From Chlorokybus atmophyticus (lineage: Eukaryota > Plantae > Mesostigma and Chlorokybus algae), in the NCBI GenBank assembly GCA_009103225.1, contig RHPI01003369.1, positions 1,702,017-1,766,016 of the forward strand: 64,000 nucleotides of DNA, written 5' to 3'. The notes under the pieces were generated by a model. It saw nothing but the letters and a program-made list of their open reading frames with translations, made no database searches and was not told where the DNA came from. Positions 37,745 to 52,565 of the stretch are shown in pieces; position 1 is the stretch's first letter; each line of letters starts with the position of its first letter. Position numbers and translations under genes: made by a program.

Positions 37745-40700
37745 ATGTCCAGCAGCGAGCAAGAAGCTAATCACCCGCAGCTTAGCTTTGAAACTCACCA
37801 ACTAGTCTCAACGAGCCCTTTCTGCTTGGTTGCCGACAAGGACCCTGCCATTGCAAAGCCGGTTGCACAGTCAGCTGCTTGTACAGACATTCCAGCTGTC
37901 ACAGAGCCTGCAGAGAGCAGCGTGTTGCCTCAGGACGACAAGGCCAACACTTCCGTGCCTGCGCGACCTCAGGTGCAAGCCGAAACGTCTGGAAGGACTG
38001 TTAATAGCGAGGTTAACAATTTAGTTCCTGCAGCGGAGCCCGCAGCTGTGGGCAACGCACCAGAGCAGGCTGATATTGCAGAACCTTCTCCTCCCGCATC
38101 AGCTGAAAACCCTTCGTATCAGCGCAGCGTTCAACCATTGACCTGCAGTGGCGCCAAGGACACAGATGCTGCTATCTCTCAAAGCGGCGGCCAAGAAATT
38201 GTTCTGGACAAGAAACGCAAAGCTCAGAGCCCTGCACATGAAGTTGGCAATGAACAACATCTTGGCCGGGAAAGCTTGAGTGCAGATGCGGATAGGGAAG
38301 GTGCTAGCGTTGATGGTCAACCTGCTGACCCGATAGCAGTTCCCAACAAGAAACCAAAGACTCAGAGCCCAGAACCTGTCTTGCAATGCAAAGCTGGTCA
38401 GGACCGCAAGCCGGCGTTGACCAATGGAGGCATTGACACAGCCAATGGTGCCAGAGATAATCACACTGTGGACATGGATGTAGAGGATGGTGACGCAACA
38501 CCTGATGATAGAGCACACAAGGCTGAGAGCCCATTAACTTCATTACCTCTTCAGAACGGAGAACATGGCGAGCTCAGTTCTGAGAATGCCGATGACTCAA
38601 CCGTCAAGCATGCAGATGGTGACGCAGATGCCGCGGCAGAACAGCGTGCACTGCCAGATGATGACAAAAGTTCGACGCCCGCGTCGACACGCCACAGCAA
38701 GAGGGGTCACAAACCTACCTTCAAGCTGTTGCATATGGAGGAGGCGATGCGGGAGGATCTGGACGCAGAGTACCCATTGCTGTTGCTGGATGAAGCAGGG
38801 CTTGCTGCAATGATCAATGCAGGTTTGCCGCCATACACACTTGATGCATCCGAACGCACGTACTTTGATACTGCAACAAAGTCATCCAAGTGGATCGCGC
38901 AGTACCTCAGCGCCAGGCAAGTCTGGCTACCATTTGTTTTTGGTACATTACCGCTAGGCCAGCAGTCAGCAAAATGTGTTGGTTGCTGGCAGCAGGTTGA
39001 TAAGGAGGCTGTTAACCAGCAGGGGGAGTTAATGATGTTACCATCTTGTGCAGGAATCACATCGTGGTGCTCTGGGCCAAGAACACACGCAGAAGCCTTG
39101 AACTACAAACATGCCTGACTACCCCAGTTGAAGCAGCAGAGGAGGACCTGAAGCCAGACGAGCACATAATGACTGAGGCTCATCGCTTTCTGGACTTGCA
39201 GGTGCAGTCATCTCCCTGCTGTCGTGGTTTCACATCCTGTACTTGCATGTGGTGCGTGCTATGTGAGAATTGAGTTTTGCCTGATGTCATTGTATGTCAG
39301 GGCTGCATCAATTTTGGCATCTGTGAACCTTTGTCCACAACCGGGAAGTTTGCCATCAACCTTGTCGATGTCAAGGTTGAGAGTGCTGGTTCTGGGTCGC
39401 CGTTACACAAGAGATCAGACGCAGAAGCGCAACAGCGCGATGATACCAACCTCATGCGGCACATTCTTGTTGTTGGTGCAGGCCCAGCTGGACTTACCGC
39501 TGCTCGCCACTTGATGGTTAGTATGTTCTGTTGCGCGCAAGGGAAGAGGGGGGGGAAGGGAATTGTAAGAGCTTGCGTTGCACTGGCTAACTTGCAGGAA
39601 CTTAGTGGTATATTCCCAAACGCAACCGCCAACGCTGCTACTATGAGACTTAGTTCACGCATGGTGCATGTTTGTTGTATATGTCATTTGACAAAATTTC
39701 TATGATGTGATTAGGACCTTGTGCGTGCCTTCATGCAGAGCTGCTCGACAGCTTGCTGCAACATTTGTTGACTTGCAACGCGTTATTGGCTGGTTGCTTG
39801 TTTGCGCACGCATTCATTTGTTCGTGTCACTCGCATGGTTTCTTGAATGTCCCATGTTCATTGACACTGGCATACGGCGATCACAGAAGCATGGCTGTCA
39901 AGTCACAGTCCTGGAGGCAAGGGATCGAGTTGGCGGGCGAGTGGATACTGACCGCAGTACATTTTCTGCAGCTGTGGACTTGGGCGCATCCATCATCACT
40001 GGCGGTGAGTAGCATGTTCAGTATTGCCTGGCTGGCTAGATGGTGCAGAGTTACAACTATCCAGCCAGCCAGTAACCGCTGGTAGCTGTGTTTTGCTCAT
40101 AATGGGCTGTACGGTCAACAGTGGCTGCTGATGTCGAGAGAAGCAAACGCGCTGATCCAGCTGCACTGCTGTGTCAGCAGCTGGAGATGCCCATGCACAG
40201 TCTAGCCAACTACAACGACTGCCCACTGTTTGATGTGGAAACCAGCGCACAAGTGAGAGCAGCAACAATTGTTGAGTTTTGCAACATGTCACCTAAGAGC
40301 TGAAACACTCTGCTGTGTTTCCCAGGTGCCCAAAGATCTAGACGAGCAGATGAGCAAGCAGTTCAATGAGCTAATGGACAGCGCAAGGTACTGGGAGATA
40401 GAAAACCAAGAAGCTGCTGAACACACGTCTCTGGGAGAGGCCTTGGACCACCAGCGTGCCTTGCGGGATGGTAGGAAATGGATGCAAATCCAGGCTTGCA
40501 CGTTTGTTTTCTGTCTACTTAGACAATGTTGTTGATTTGCACTATGCCCGTTGTCACAGACAGGGAAGGTGCACCATTAACGCCACTTGAGTCAAGGATT
40601 ATCAACTGGCACACTGCGAATCTAGAGTACGGTACTGCCGCTGAGCTAAAGCATGTATCTTTGCCACATTGGGACCAGGTGTGTTGTTGTGTAAATGCAC

Positions 40701-43668
40701 CTGAGGCTGCTTGTTCATCGCATCCTTGCCTCATTCTCAGGTCTTCTTCTGTGGCTGCAGGATGAAGAATGGGGTCCCTTTGGTGGTGATCATAGCATGG
40801 TAGTGGGTGGCTTTGGCAGGCTGCTTGAGGTGCGCTTACTGCGGGCATGCAAGCGCGCATGTGCGTAAGAGCGCGAGCGCACGCGTGTGTGGTGTATATT
40901 GTATCAGTGACCTGAGCCTTGTACTTTTGTATCGTCCAGGCATTGGCTGAAGGCGTAAAGGTGGAATTCAACAGCGTTGTGTCTGAGATATGTTACGGAA
41001 AAAGTGTATCTGAAACCACCTCTCCTGACCCAACAAGCAAAGAACGTGTCACCGTGCGCACAACCAGCGGAGCGACCTACCACGCAGCTGCAGTCTTAGT
41101 AACAATTCCATTGGGCTGCCTCAAGGTGGGATACTAGTTCTGCACCGCTGCGTTGGCCAGCAGGTTCACATCAGGTATCGGACTTGAGCTCATTGTTTGC
41201 AGGCTGGAGATGTAAGATTCGTTCCCGAGCTGCCAGAACCCAAGCTGTCTGCAATTAACCAGCTGGGCTATGGCGTGCTGAACAAAGTTATTATGGAGTT
41301 CCCTGAACAGTTTTGGGAAGCCACTGGACTGGCCAACTTTTTCGGGTTGTTGTCAAGCACTGAGGAAGCACGCGGCTACGGCTTCTTGGTGTGGAACTTG
41401 TCAAGAGCGTGCCAGAAGCCAATTCTAACATTTGTTATTGCTGGGGCGGCTGCCATTACAGCTGAGCAGCAAAAGAATTCGGAAGTAGTATCTGCGATTA
41501 TGACCAAGCTGCGTACCGTTTTTGGAAACGAAACTGTCCCTGAGCCAACGGCATTCACTGTGACCAGATGGGGTCAAGATGCTTATGCCAGAGGCGCATA
41601 CAGGTACCAATCAAGAGCTTCCTTTTCCTGCCAACTCACACACACACGCAATTCTGTGTGCCATATCACTGCATAACAAATTGCTCGTTGCGTTTACAGC
41701 TATGTAGCAGTTGGTTCGTCTGGACGAGACTATGATGTCCTTGCTCAACCAGTCATGGACACATTGTTCTTCGCCGGTGAGGCAACCCATAAGGTATTAC
41801 ACCTAGGCAATGTCTCCTCGTCCATGTTATGCTCCTCCATCACATTCGCACATAATGGTGAGCACACGTTGAGTTTGTTGCAATGTTGGCAGGAGCATCC
41901 CGACACCGTTGGTGGTGCGATGCTGAGCGGTTTGAGAGAAGCCAGACTGATTATGGCTATCCTTGAGGGCCGCTCAACAGAAGGCCTTGGTGTGCGTTTC
42001 GCTTCCAAGCGCAGACCATATGCGCGCATGCAGAAGCTGCTGGATGCAGCGAAGGACCCATCTGCAAGTGACACCCCTACAGAGCTAGCAGCAAAGGCTG
42101 CCATCAACAGCACACAAAACCAAGATGAAGAGCTGTCTGCATTCCAACAACAATATGAGAATGCAACAGATCCTGAGGAGCAGGCCGCTGTGCTTCGACA
42201 GAGCATGCTTCTGTTAAAATCCGCCCCTGCGCGGTGCGAGCTAGTGGCGAAGCTGTCAGAACTGTCACCGGACATGTTGCACCAAGCCGCACCTCCATTG
42301 GAAGTGCATGCGGTCTTGCCGGGCTGGATGCAAGACTCTGTAGAGGTTGGTGGTAAAGTCGGCACCGAGTTGATGCGTAACTGCATGGAACTCTTGCTTT
42401 CAACTCCAACAGACATGGCAATGCTGCGCACGTCAGGTGGGTGCGCTGGTTGAGCTGCTCAAGACATCTATGGATGCAAACCACGGCCTCATGCTTTACT
42501 TGTGGCAATGCTGCGCCAGGTGTTGCAAAGGTTATACGCGAACTTGGCGAAAAGCACAGCTCGCGGGAAGTGCGCTCCTTGCGTGTTCAGTTGGCGAAGA
42601 AGTGGTTTGAACTCGTTCGCCAGTCCCACCGAACCACCAGCAAAAATTCTGCCCCTACTGCCAAGTCGCAAAGTGACGCAGCTCAGCGGGACAAGCACAA
42701 GGTCAAAGCTTTGCATAGCAAGCCAGCACCCGTGTGTGAAGACGAACCTGGTGCTGTAGCGACTACGGGGGGGCGTGTGAGCGGCGGTTTTGAACGCAAC
42801 AACAACAACATTGCCTCGTTACTGCCTCTCAGCGTTGAGCAGGAACCATCTGAGGCCGAGCTGGCGGCTATGCAGGCGGCGGAGGCAGCGGAGGCCAGGG
42901 CCATAGATGCTGCAAAGGTACACATGCACGCATGCAATAACACGTGCTTATGCGCAGGTACAGTTGTTACGTGTTGCGCACTGAAGCCTGACTGCGCATG
43001 TACAGAGGGCGTCAGAACTGATGGCTACTTTCCCCAGCAATGCCCCACGCATCATGTCATTTGACGAGTTTGACGAGCATCGCAGCAAAAAAAGGCTTCG
43101 AGGTGCCGAGAGTGCCAATGCTTCACAACCGGTATATGCAATCCCATCAATTTTGTGCTGCAATCGTCAGCGAGTGCATTGGTTTAAGCAGTGTCCTGAC
43201 TTTTGCCAGCCTGCACAGTTGCGCAGCATCTTAAAGAAGCAAAGCTCTCCAGATGTTCGCATTATGCCCTCTGCAGCTGCAACACATGAAGCTGAGCTTG
43301 CCAGAACGCTGCACATGGACGCTGTTATACCGAAAGTACCTGCTGTTGTTGGGGAAGTCAGTGAGGAGTTGTCACATTTCTCAGCCAAAAAGGGCAGCAA
43401 GGCACAGTCTGCATATCACAATGAGCTCGCGAAGCACAAGGCTGCTGTTGCTGACTTTTTGAGGACGCTGCTGAAGCCTGCATACGCCTCCAACGCGATC
43501 GACCGCAATGCTTTCAAAGAGATCATGGTCAAAGCGGTTGGCAAAATCATGGAGCGTTTTCCGGATGAGAAAAGCTACATTCCGCAGCGTGACTTCCTGA
43601 ACGACCGTCGAAAACAAAAAGCCCGCGAGATGATGGACAAGTACATTGAAAAATATAGCAGTAGTTGA
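37745..43668 (+). CDS. LDL3: Lysine-specific histone demethylase 1 homolog, LDL3 type (long disordered N-terminus, SWIRM, amine oxidase, TFIIS-N-like and SRI-like C-terminus), about 15 exons
   Basis: YLSARNHIVVLW, FLDLQGCINFG (SWIRM); ILVVGAGPAGLTAARHL; LEARDRVGGRV; VDLGASIITGVAADVE...ADPAALLCQQL; WHTANLEYG; VTIPLGCLK; LGYGVLNKVIMEFP; YARGAYSY; FFAGEATHKEHPDTVGGAMLSG. Start codon tentative. Confidence 0.9.
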
Positions 43669-44729
43669 TGATGCTAAGTTATTTCTTAGTTAGGGTGCCA
43701 TGTGGCAACTGTTGAACAGCTCGCACAGTGTACTTAAGAAACGTTGGAAATAATGCAGCATACTTATCAGGAGAAGGGGCGCATCCAGTTGAGGTTTTGA
43801 GAAGGCTTGCGATACAACATTCGGGGCATGGAGAGCAAGCAACATGACCATTTGTCCATCTTCTATATGAACGTTTTGCTTTAGCACCAGTGTTGGCTGA
43901 CATTTTTGGAGCTGACATTTGAACACCCCGCTGTCCACACCTCAAGGATTGCCGCCAAAGAGTGCACCGAGCGTCTACATCAGCGGTGATTGGAAGTTGA
44001 TCTACACGAGCATGTTGGGTTGCCATGCAGTACAGCAACATCATCAAACACTAATATTTCAAGTCAAGTACAAGGTAGCAACAGGGCAGAAACAGGTTCA
44101 CAGTACCAGTGTGTCCATAAGGAGGAAATGACTGAGGCCAGCGCACAAGGTATCCTCTCTATTCCCAACAACGCGCCTCAGCGTCTAGTTTCCAAATTGG
44201 CTGACACTGTTAGACAGTGTCAGTCAATTTGCTTTTCAATCACCACCGTGGCAGCATATTGTCCACCATGAATGTGATGTGTTGGCAAGCGCGTTGCGGA
44301 CACAGCGGTGGTTGCGGTGAGCACGCAGGAGTCGCTGCGCATCAGGCGGAGCAAGGCAAGCGCGAGAAGTACCACGACCCGCTGGCAACACAGTCTTGCC
44401 ATTGGTAGCGGAGACCGACGGTACATTAGGCGAGGACTTTCACAATGTGCTCAACCTCTGCGCGAGAAGAGCAATGTTTGGTCAGGCTGCCACTGCGCCG
44501 GCCGAGCGGCTTCCTCACGCTGTTCCAACAGCGTGTGGCGTGTGCACTTCAGCGTACGCAGGCGTGGGCGATGAGGGCGCGAGGTGCAGCAGCGGTGGTG
44601 GACATGACGGGGTTGGCGCCATAGATGACAACAATGCTGACCACGGAGGTGGACGTCACTTGGCAGCAGCGGGCTAAGGTGACATGCGCGGGACGATGTA
44701 GTGATGGGAGATCGTGTGTACAACATGTC

Positions 44730-44876
44730 GGATGCAGGGATTGTATCATGCATGAGCGTGTCATACACATGCCAACAATCAGCACAATCAGCACACTACA
44801 CCATCACACTCACATTCACCACCAGGTTGGTTGCTATCTACTTACCTACCTTCACTAACGCCCTTACCCCGTGACA
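44730..44876 (-). mobile_element. Short LTR-end-like dispersed repeat homologous to the module in the retrotransposon leader
   Basis: Minus strand begins TGTCACGGGG and shares tagtgaag.tagg, cc.ggtggtgaatgt.agtgt, gtgtgctg.ttgtg and acaatc.ctgcatcc.a.at.ttgtacac, in the same order, with 20577-20736. Confidence 0.55.
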
Positions 44877-44990
44877 CACACATGCATGCATGCAGTTGTA
44901 ATTACCTGTGTCAAGCACAGTAGCAGCAGCGTTAGTAAACGGCAGGCACGGCGCAGTGCGCTGGTTGTGCAGATGCACGCAGCGTGAAAG

Positions 44991-45496
<506 letters not shown>

Positions 45497-46271
45497 NTGC
45501 CTTCCCTCGCCTGCCACCGCTGACTTGCAACCATCGTTGCAACCCTCGTTGTTGTTCAGCGGGCAGGGCCCCTCTGCCCTGCCCCTCTGCCCCGCCCCTC
45601 TGTTCTGGCACTGTGGTTGTGCAGTGCGGCAATGCGTTCTGCTGCGCGCAGTCCTTGCTGACAGTTAGGTGCTGCTGGTGGGGTTGGGTGGTGGGGTTGG
45701 TTGTGTTTGTGTGGTGTACTAGGTATGATGATCGCAACCAAACTTCGTATGTTTGCCGTGCTAGAGAGATGGGTGTTGGAACCTAATCAAGTAGATACTG
45801 GTTTGAAGCTGCCCGCTATGTGTGATGCATGCCATGCCTTGTACTATACGTGGGCAATTGCACTCCGCATTGTTTCTACCAGAAGTCCGCCCACAGCAAC
45901 CAAGCAATTGCTATTCCTAGTGCACCCGTGCACATTTTTTACAAATGAGCGGTTGTTGCATTCCAACCCGCGCCCGTCTGCAGCCAAGCTGTTGACAGTA
46001 GTTGTACTCACTCCACTCCGCACGGCGACGAGCTGACTATGTAACCAATAAGCATCACCGTTTACAGAGTCTAGATTACTGCAAATGAATGTTGCGCATG
46101 CGTTCAGCTTGGCCGCATTATCATTCTTGCCTATGCAGGAGGTGACATAAAAACCTGTCCTCCATGATATGTAATGGATCCCACAGTAGTTGTAATGCAG
46201 ATGATGTCAGTCCTGCCTGCAGTACGCACACCAACAGCTCTACGCACGTAGACATACAAATCGAACCATAG

Positions 46272-47757
46272 CTAATCTTCCTTGTCTCCACCTTCCTTTT
46301 TGCATTTTTTCCGCTTCTTTCGTCGTTCTTCCTTGCGCTTCCGCTTCTGCACTTTGCGCAGCTCTCTGCTGCGTTTCCGCTTGCTTCGTGCAGCTTTTCC
46401 ACTTCCTTCGCTGCTACCTGTGCTACTGCTATCGCTATCACTATCCCTACTGCTAACACTACCCCTACGATTACGTACACTACCTGGCTTTACAGCTGCA
46501 GTGGTCTCATCATCATCCTGCCGCAGCGCCTCGCCTTTCACCCAAGGCTTTTCTGGAAGCAACATTCTGCGCGGGAGCTGTGACACCTGTTCTGATGGCA
46601 ACAAACCTGCCGACACGCCATCAGGCACGGGCAAAAACGGCCCTGTCTCGTCAACACGAGGTCCTGTGGCCCCACGCCCCCGCACCCGTCTGCACATACG
46701 CAATGTCCATAACATGAGCCTTCAGTTGAGACACAACACGAGTGATGGTAGACAAGTCTGAATGCCTGGATTGTGTAAAGATGTGTACCTTGATGCAAGG
46801 AACTCGCCTAGGGCTTCATCATCCAACCCTCCTGTTTCAGCTGCATCAGATGTTGAAGGTGCGTCATCATCCTTTGCAGCAGCCTGCGATCCTTTCCTCT
46901 TATGTTCACGACTATCCCTATCTCGCCTGCCCTCGCGACGCTCATCAAGCTCTTCACGCTTGCCTCCACGGTCGAAATAGCCGTCATCATCATCTCTAGA
47001 GCGATGCTGTTGACGTCTCCTCTTCTGCCTGTCTTCTTGCTCTCGGCGCTCTTGCTCGCGCTGCCGCCACATGTCCTGCTCCTGTGCCAGACGGTTGGCT
47101 GGCAGAAAGACATGCCGTTTCAGGACTCGCACTTCTATTTCTCATTCTTGTTCTCAGTGATTGTTGTTACTGTTCTATACAGTTTGAGCCATATACTGAT
47201 TCAGACAGTGACCGGTGTGGCTTGAAGCAAGCCTACCTATCATTGAAATGCGGCTGGCCAGAAGACACAACTATGTATATACGCTGCGCGTGCACGTTGC
47301 AAGAGAATTGTATATTTTTGATGAGTATCACCACTCTGCATAAGGCTGCTTAACATGCAATCAACGGTTGAGAAAGAGATCTACCAACATATGAAACATC
47401 AGTGGTGTTATAAAGACCAACACGACACACGCAAGCTGAGACAAAACTAAGCAACGTTGTCAAGGACTCAACCACACTACTCCAATCCGCCAGATTTACA
47501 ACAAGTTAGCAATTCCGAAACTGTCAAAGTGAAAGTCGTAGTGTTCGCTCAGTGACGCATTACACGCACTAACAAGAGTTGATGATACCATGGTTGAGCT
47601 GGCGTATTGTGGCCTGGAGATAGCGAGCATTGGGCGCAAGCCTCGTGCGCCGCTTCTCCAAGTAGGCGGCCAAGCCGACCACACTGGCCCGCTCCTTCAG
47701 CTGCTGCGCCTCCGCCAGCAGCTGAGCGGCAATCTGCCGCTCAGTCTGCTCGTCCAT
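46272..47757 (-). CDS. Conserved plant-type Lys/Arg-rich, probably nuclear protein of unknown function, 3 exons
   Basis: MDEQTERQIAAQLLAEAQQLKERASVVGLAAYL...PNARYLQATIR; GLDDEALGEFLASR|RVRGRGATGPRVDE; Ser-rich then KKRK tail. From memory this resembles a land-plant family starting MDLETENRIAAILL; GT-AG introns keep the frame. Confidence 0.75.
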
Positions 47758-48382
47758 AGCGGGATCAGCAACACGAACACATGGTCACTACTCCACAACC
47801 ACCCTCCCAACCATCCCGGCGCCCATGCCGCCGTCCACACCGCCGCTGCGTGACGCCCACAACCCTCCAACCCTAACTAAACCCCAGAAACAGCACCGCT
47901 CTCGCTACTTGGCTGGCTGAATGGAAAGCTAACGTTTTCCGCTACGAGGACGATCAGCAGGACGATCATTGCGAAACGCGAGACTGTTGAAGCAACACGT
48001 AGCGACATTTCAAGTTCTACAGTCTGCTACCGATTTGCAGCGAAATTTTGGCGCCAGCTGGCAGTTTGGCGCCAGGAGCTGCGGCGGCGGCGTTGGTGGT
48101 GGGGGGGTGGTTGTCAGTGGAGGCAGTGTCGCAGGCGGTGGCTGGGGTGGTTACAGTGGCATTGGCGTCTGAGAGGGTTTAGCTTAGGGGCAGCAGAAGT
48201 GGTTTGCCAGCCGGCGAGCAAGTTGAGCAAGCTCGTAGCTGTGCATGGGCTGTTGCAGTTGAGGCGGCGAGCATGCCAGTGTGAAGGCTGGCCTAGGGCA
48301 GACTAGACTGAACTGGACCAGACTCGACTGCAATCGCGCTACTTTGTGGGAGTCTTGGGCTGGGAATTAAGGCTTCCCTAGC

Positions 48383-51300
48383 ATGGAGGTCGCTTCCCTG
48401 CTGGGAATTGACATAGATGGTAAGCTTATGGAAGTGCTGCGCCACTCACCGCAGCGCATGTCACATTGGTTTGACAGTTCAACCTTGGTCAAAGCCTCAC
48501 CTGTCAAGTTCTCAATGTTTACGCGTCGCCGCGCAAACAACGCTTGTACACCTACTGGCTATTTTGTGAGTCTGAAACTGCAACGACCCGGGTAGCAGTG
48601 CCTGATGTTGTGACTAAGCGACGGTGTTTTTGAGTAGTACTTTTTGCTGTTTCTTGTTGTCAAAGTATTGTGACAACAAAAAACAGCAACAAAAAGTGAC
48701 AACAGACCAAATCAATGCAGACAAAAGCAAATAGAAAGGCAAGAGGGTTGGCAGGGGGAATATACACACCATTCAGCTGCAAACACATTGATATAATCTC
48801 GTGCCTGGAAACACGATATATAACCAGTTATACATGCTCGTCAACACAAGCAACGTTATGGTGGTGTGCTTCAAGGGTCATAAACCACAGGAACACCAGA
48901 TTCACAACCACACTGCTACATGTAGCGTTGGCTGGGACGGAGTCTAAGTTATTTCTTGCTGGCTTTAAGTTAACTTGTGTTGGCTATGTGGTACTTCACT
49001 AAGTCTTCTGCTAACGCTGCTATCCCTGGCGATAACAATACATGCGTGCATGCAGCGCACATCCTCATTGAAGCGTTGCTGGTGGCCACGATCTTTTACC
49101 TCTTACTTCAAAAGAGTTACAAACCGGAAAAGCCCTTATCTGAGGAGGTGCGCATGCATACATGCATGCATGCGCCATGCACGTTACCAGACTGTTGTGA
49201 AGCGTGCTTATGTAGCATGTCCTGACAGGAAATCAATCAGTTGTGTAACGATTGGGTTCCCGAGCCGTTGCATCCGGCTCTGAGCGAAGCTGCTTCAAGG
49301 CAACCGCCAGTGCTGTCCAGGTTTGCAGTCACGTTGTGTGTATGAGAATTAATACAAAACAAGTTACGAACATGCGTGATGGTACTTCGACCAGAGCAGA
49401 CATGCAACTGTTTTCACTTCACACTTCACGAACACTTTGGCTTTGGCATGCATCAGATGTTAAGTCTGTTTGAGCTCTTGGGTGTGATTACTGAAGTGGC
49501 GTTGTTACTTAGTGCGCCGGGAGCAAGGGTGATTGCGAACGGAGCTGAGGTGGTGAACCTTTCAACGCTTGATTTTCTTGGTGTGACAAGCAATGACCAA
49601 GTTTTGGTAAGCGCTGCCACCATCAACAGGGAAACGCTCTTGTGTCGCTCCCGGCATTGCGTAACAGCATAGTACTTGCTTTGGCAGGCGGCAAGCAGAG
49701 CGGCCATTGACAAGTACGGTTGCGGCGCATGTGGACCTCGCGGGTTCTATGGGACCATTGGTATGCACGCTCGCAAGCATTAGCTGGTTGTTTGATGGTT
49801 TGCAGATGCCATGAGCTCATCCTAATGTTTGTAGCAATGAAGCAAGAAAGTGTGCATAGTTACGCTCTTTCTTACATCAGTGCTTGTTTATGCCGGATCA
49901 TGAAACACAGTTATGTTAAGATTGTGATTATTGGCGATGGTACTGGTTGACTCATGGCACGATGGTGGTTGCGACGACTACATACATGGGTTGACCATGC
50001 AGATGTGCATCTGGACTTGGAGAAGAAGATTGTAGAGTTCACTGGAGCAGAGGAGGCCATCATCTACTCTTTTGGGCTTGCCACTCCAGCCAGCACCATC
50101 CCAGCCTTTGCGAAGAAGGGCGACATCCTGATCTGGTACAGTGTACACCTATACATGTTCAAATGCTGCATCATTTGGTCTCATGGCCGTCCGTATCCGC
50201 TGTCATTGAGTACTGGTGTCTTCTTATGTATGTGTCAGTGCGGGTTCACATCTTACGTACGCACCGCAGTGATGAAGCTGTCAACTACGCCATTCAGAAC
50301 GGGCTCACGCTGTCAAGGAGTACAGTGAGGTGGTTCAAGCACAATGACATGGCGGACCTTGAGAGGCAACTTCAGCGTGTCATTGACAACGACATCAAAC
50401 ACCCAAAGGCGCTCAACAGGCGCTTCATTGTTGTGGAGGGCATTTATCAGGTTCGTGCATGTGATCACGCAAGTGTTCGGCCAACTCGTGCTCGAGTGCA
50501 GTATGAAGTGACTTTTTTTTTCTTTGTTTCACAGAATCGAGGGGATTTGGCGCCACTTGCCAGCATAGTTGCTCTCAAAGAGAATTACAAGTTCAGGGTG
50601 ATGGTTGATGAGAGCTACTCTTTCGGCGTGCTCGGCCCAACTGGGCGGGGTGCAACTGAACACTGGGGGATTCCGGTGAGTGAGAGAAGTTTACACCGTC
50701 ACTGTGCAGGAGAGATCAGCGGACGCAAGTTTGACATCTTGTCGTTGTAGGTTGGTAAAGTGGATGTCATTACAGCATCAATGGGGATGGCGTTGGGTTC
50801 AATGGGTGGCTTCTGCTGCGGCAGCACAAAGATTGTCAGTCATCAGGTATTACCCTTGCACACGCGCACAAACTGCACGGCCATACGCCCTGCTTGCATG
50901 GTTTGCATGCTCCATGTCTGGTGTGTCCTGTTTCATTACACCACCAGTATCATTGTGACAACACGTACAGCCACAGGCTTCAACCTTCGCTTCTCTCATT
51001 GATAGCTCTTGGTGAAACCACATGTGCCACTTTCTCAAGCTGTTGTGTGCTGCAGCGGTTAAATGGAGCGGGCTACGTCTTTTCAGCAGCGCTGCCACCG
51101 TACTTGGCGTCCGCATCAATGGAGGCACTCAACTTCATCGAGCGCAGTCCTGAGCAGCTGGTGCAGCTACGCAAGAACGCCGAGTTTTTGCAGCGCGCTC
51201 TCGCGAGAGTGACGGGGCTCACCTTGGTTGGGGCTGAGTTCTCACCCATCATGCATCTACATCTCATAAAGTCAACCGGCTCCATTGAAGTCGACAATGC

Positions 51301-51718
51301 GCTACTCGACAAGATATGCGACAAGGTAAGGCGTTATGCGTTATGCGTTGGTGTTGTTGGGCAGCTGTACATAGAATGCAAGGCATGCACATGCATAAGG
51401 CATGCATAGAGGCTGTAGCATAGCACGACATGTATGGCACACATATTAAAATGCAAGTTTAGTTTACCACCGGGCTACCCTACTACACAACCACTAATGC
51501 CGCTACTGTTTGAGTAATGGTGTGCACTCGTGTAGGTCTTGGGCAAAGGGGTCCTACTAACAAGGAGCAAGTACACGCACTTGGAGAAGTTCAAGCAGGA
51601 ACCCAGCATCCGGCTCACGGTGTGTGCAACACACACTGAGGAGGACTTGCTGTCAGCTGCAACGGCTATTAAGGCTCTGGCCAAGATGGTTTTGGGCAAT
51701 GGGCACAGCTTGCGGTAA
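48383..51718 (+). CDS. LCB1: Serine palmitoyltransferase subunit 1 (long-chain base biosynthesis 1), 11 exons
   Basis: TM segment [29 protein letters not shown]|[93 protein letters not shown]; no PLP lysine, as expected for LCB1. Confidence 0.93.
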
Positions 51719-52565
51719 CTATCAGTCTTGACAGCTTGCTAGCAGCAGTGTCTTGCCGGCAATGCATGGCTACAATAGTGGCTTTTTGCATTGCAACTTG
51801 CAGCGAACCTCTGCATTGCACACGCTGACTTTATAGCCCCTTTTGAGGTGTTGTAGAACAGTACCATAGCCCATCACTGATTGCTGAGCTTACCATGCAG
51901 CACGCACATGTGCACGCACTCCCTTCACACTGTACTGGCTATGTCGTTTGTTGACACAACAGCCTACTTCAACTGACAATGGGTTGCAGCTTGTGCGGCG
52001 CAAACAATGACGCGCGGCACAAGTTGCATGGTGCAGGTCCGTATCCCCTTCATTAACATGACTGAAGGACGGACTGCAGCAGCTGTTAGCGCGGTACAGA
52101 TGTTATCACCGCATTGCATTCTTTGTATACATCTGCACTGTTGGAAAGCCTATGCACCCCACAGTCACAAACCAGGCAAAAGTGTTGGACGTAAAGTGAG
52201 AACACGTCCTTGACAAGGACAGCTGTTAGCAAAGATCGTTGTGATGTTGCAATTGCTGGCATGAAGGTGGCAGCAGAATGTAGAGGAGAATGCAGGGGAA
52301 ATCATCTCATTCTGTATGTGTTAGACCATAAGGTCGTGCAGCTTTGCATGGTTGGATTTGTAATGTATACTGCCACAAGCCAGTAGGCATACGAAACATG
52401 TGCACATTGCTTGACTTGCATGCACACTAAGCATGTTGCAACTTATGTACACAACGAGCAACGTAGACCATAATATTGGTATATGTATAGACAGCTGGAT
52501 AAGACAGTCAGCACAACATGAGAGCAACTCTGCATTGAGTCAGAAGTGCTGTTGCGCAGCTGCGC

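Noticed and set aside
44220-44794. Several 70-105 aa ORFs on both strands
   Set aside because: No frame gives a recognisable product; the region is more simply a TE remnant.
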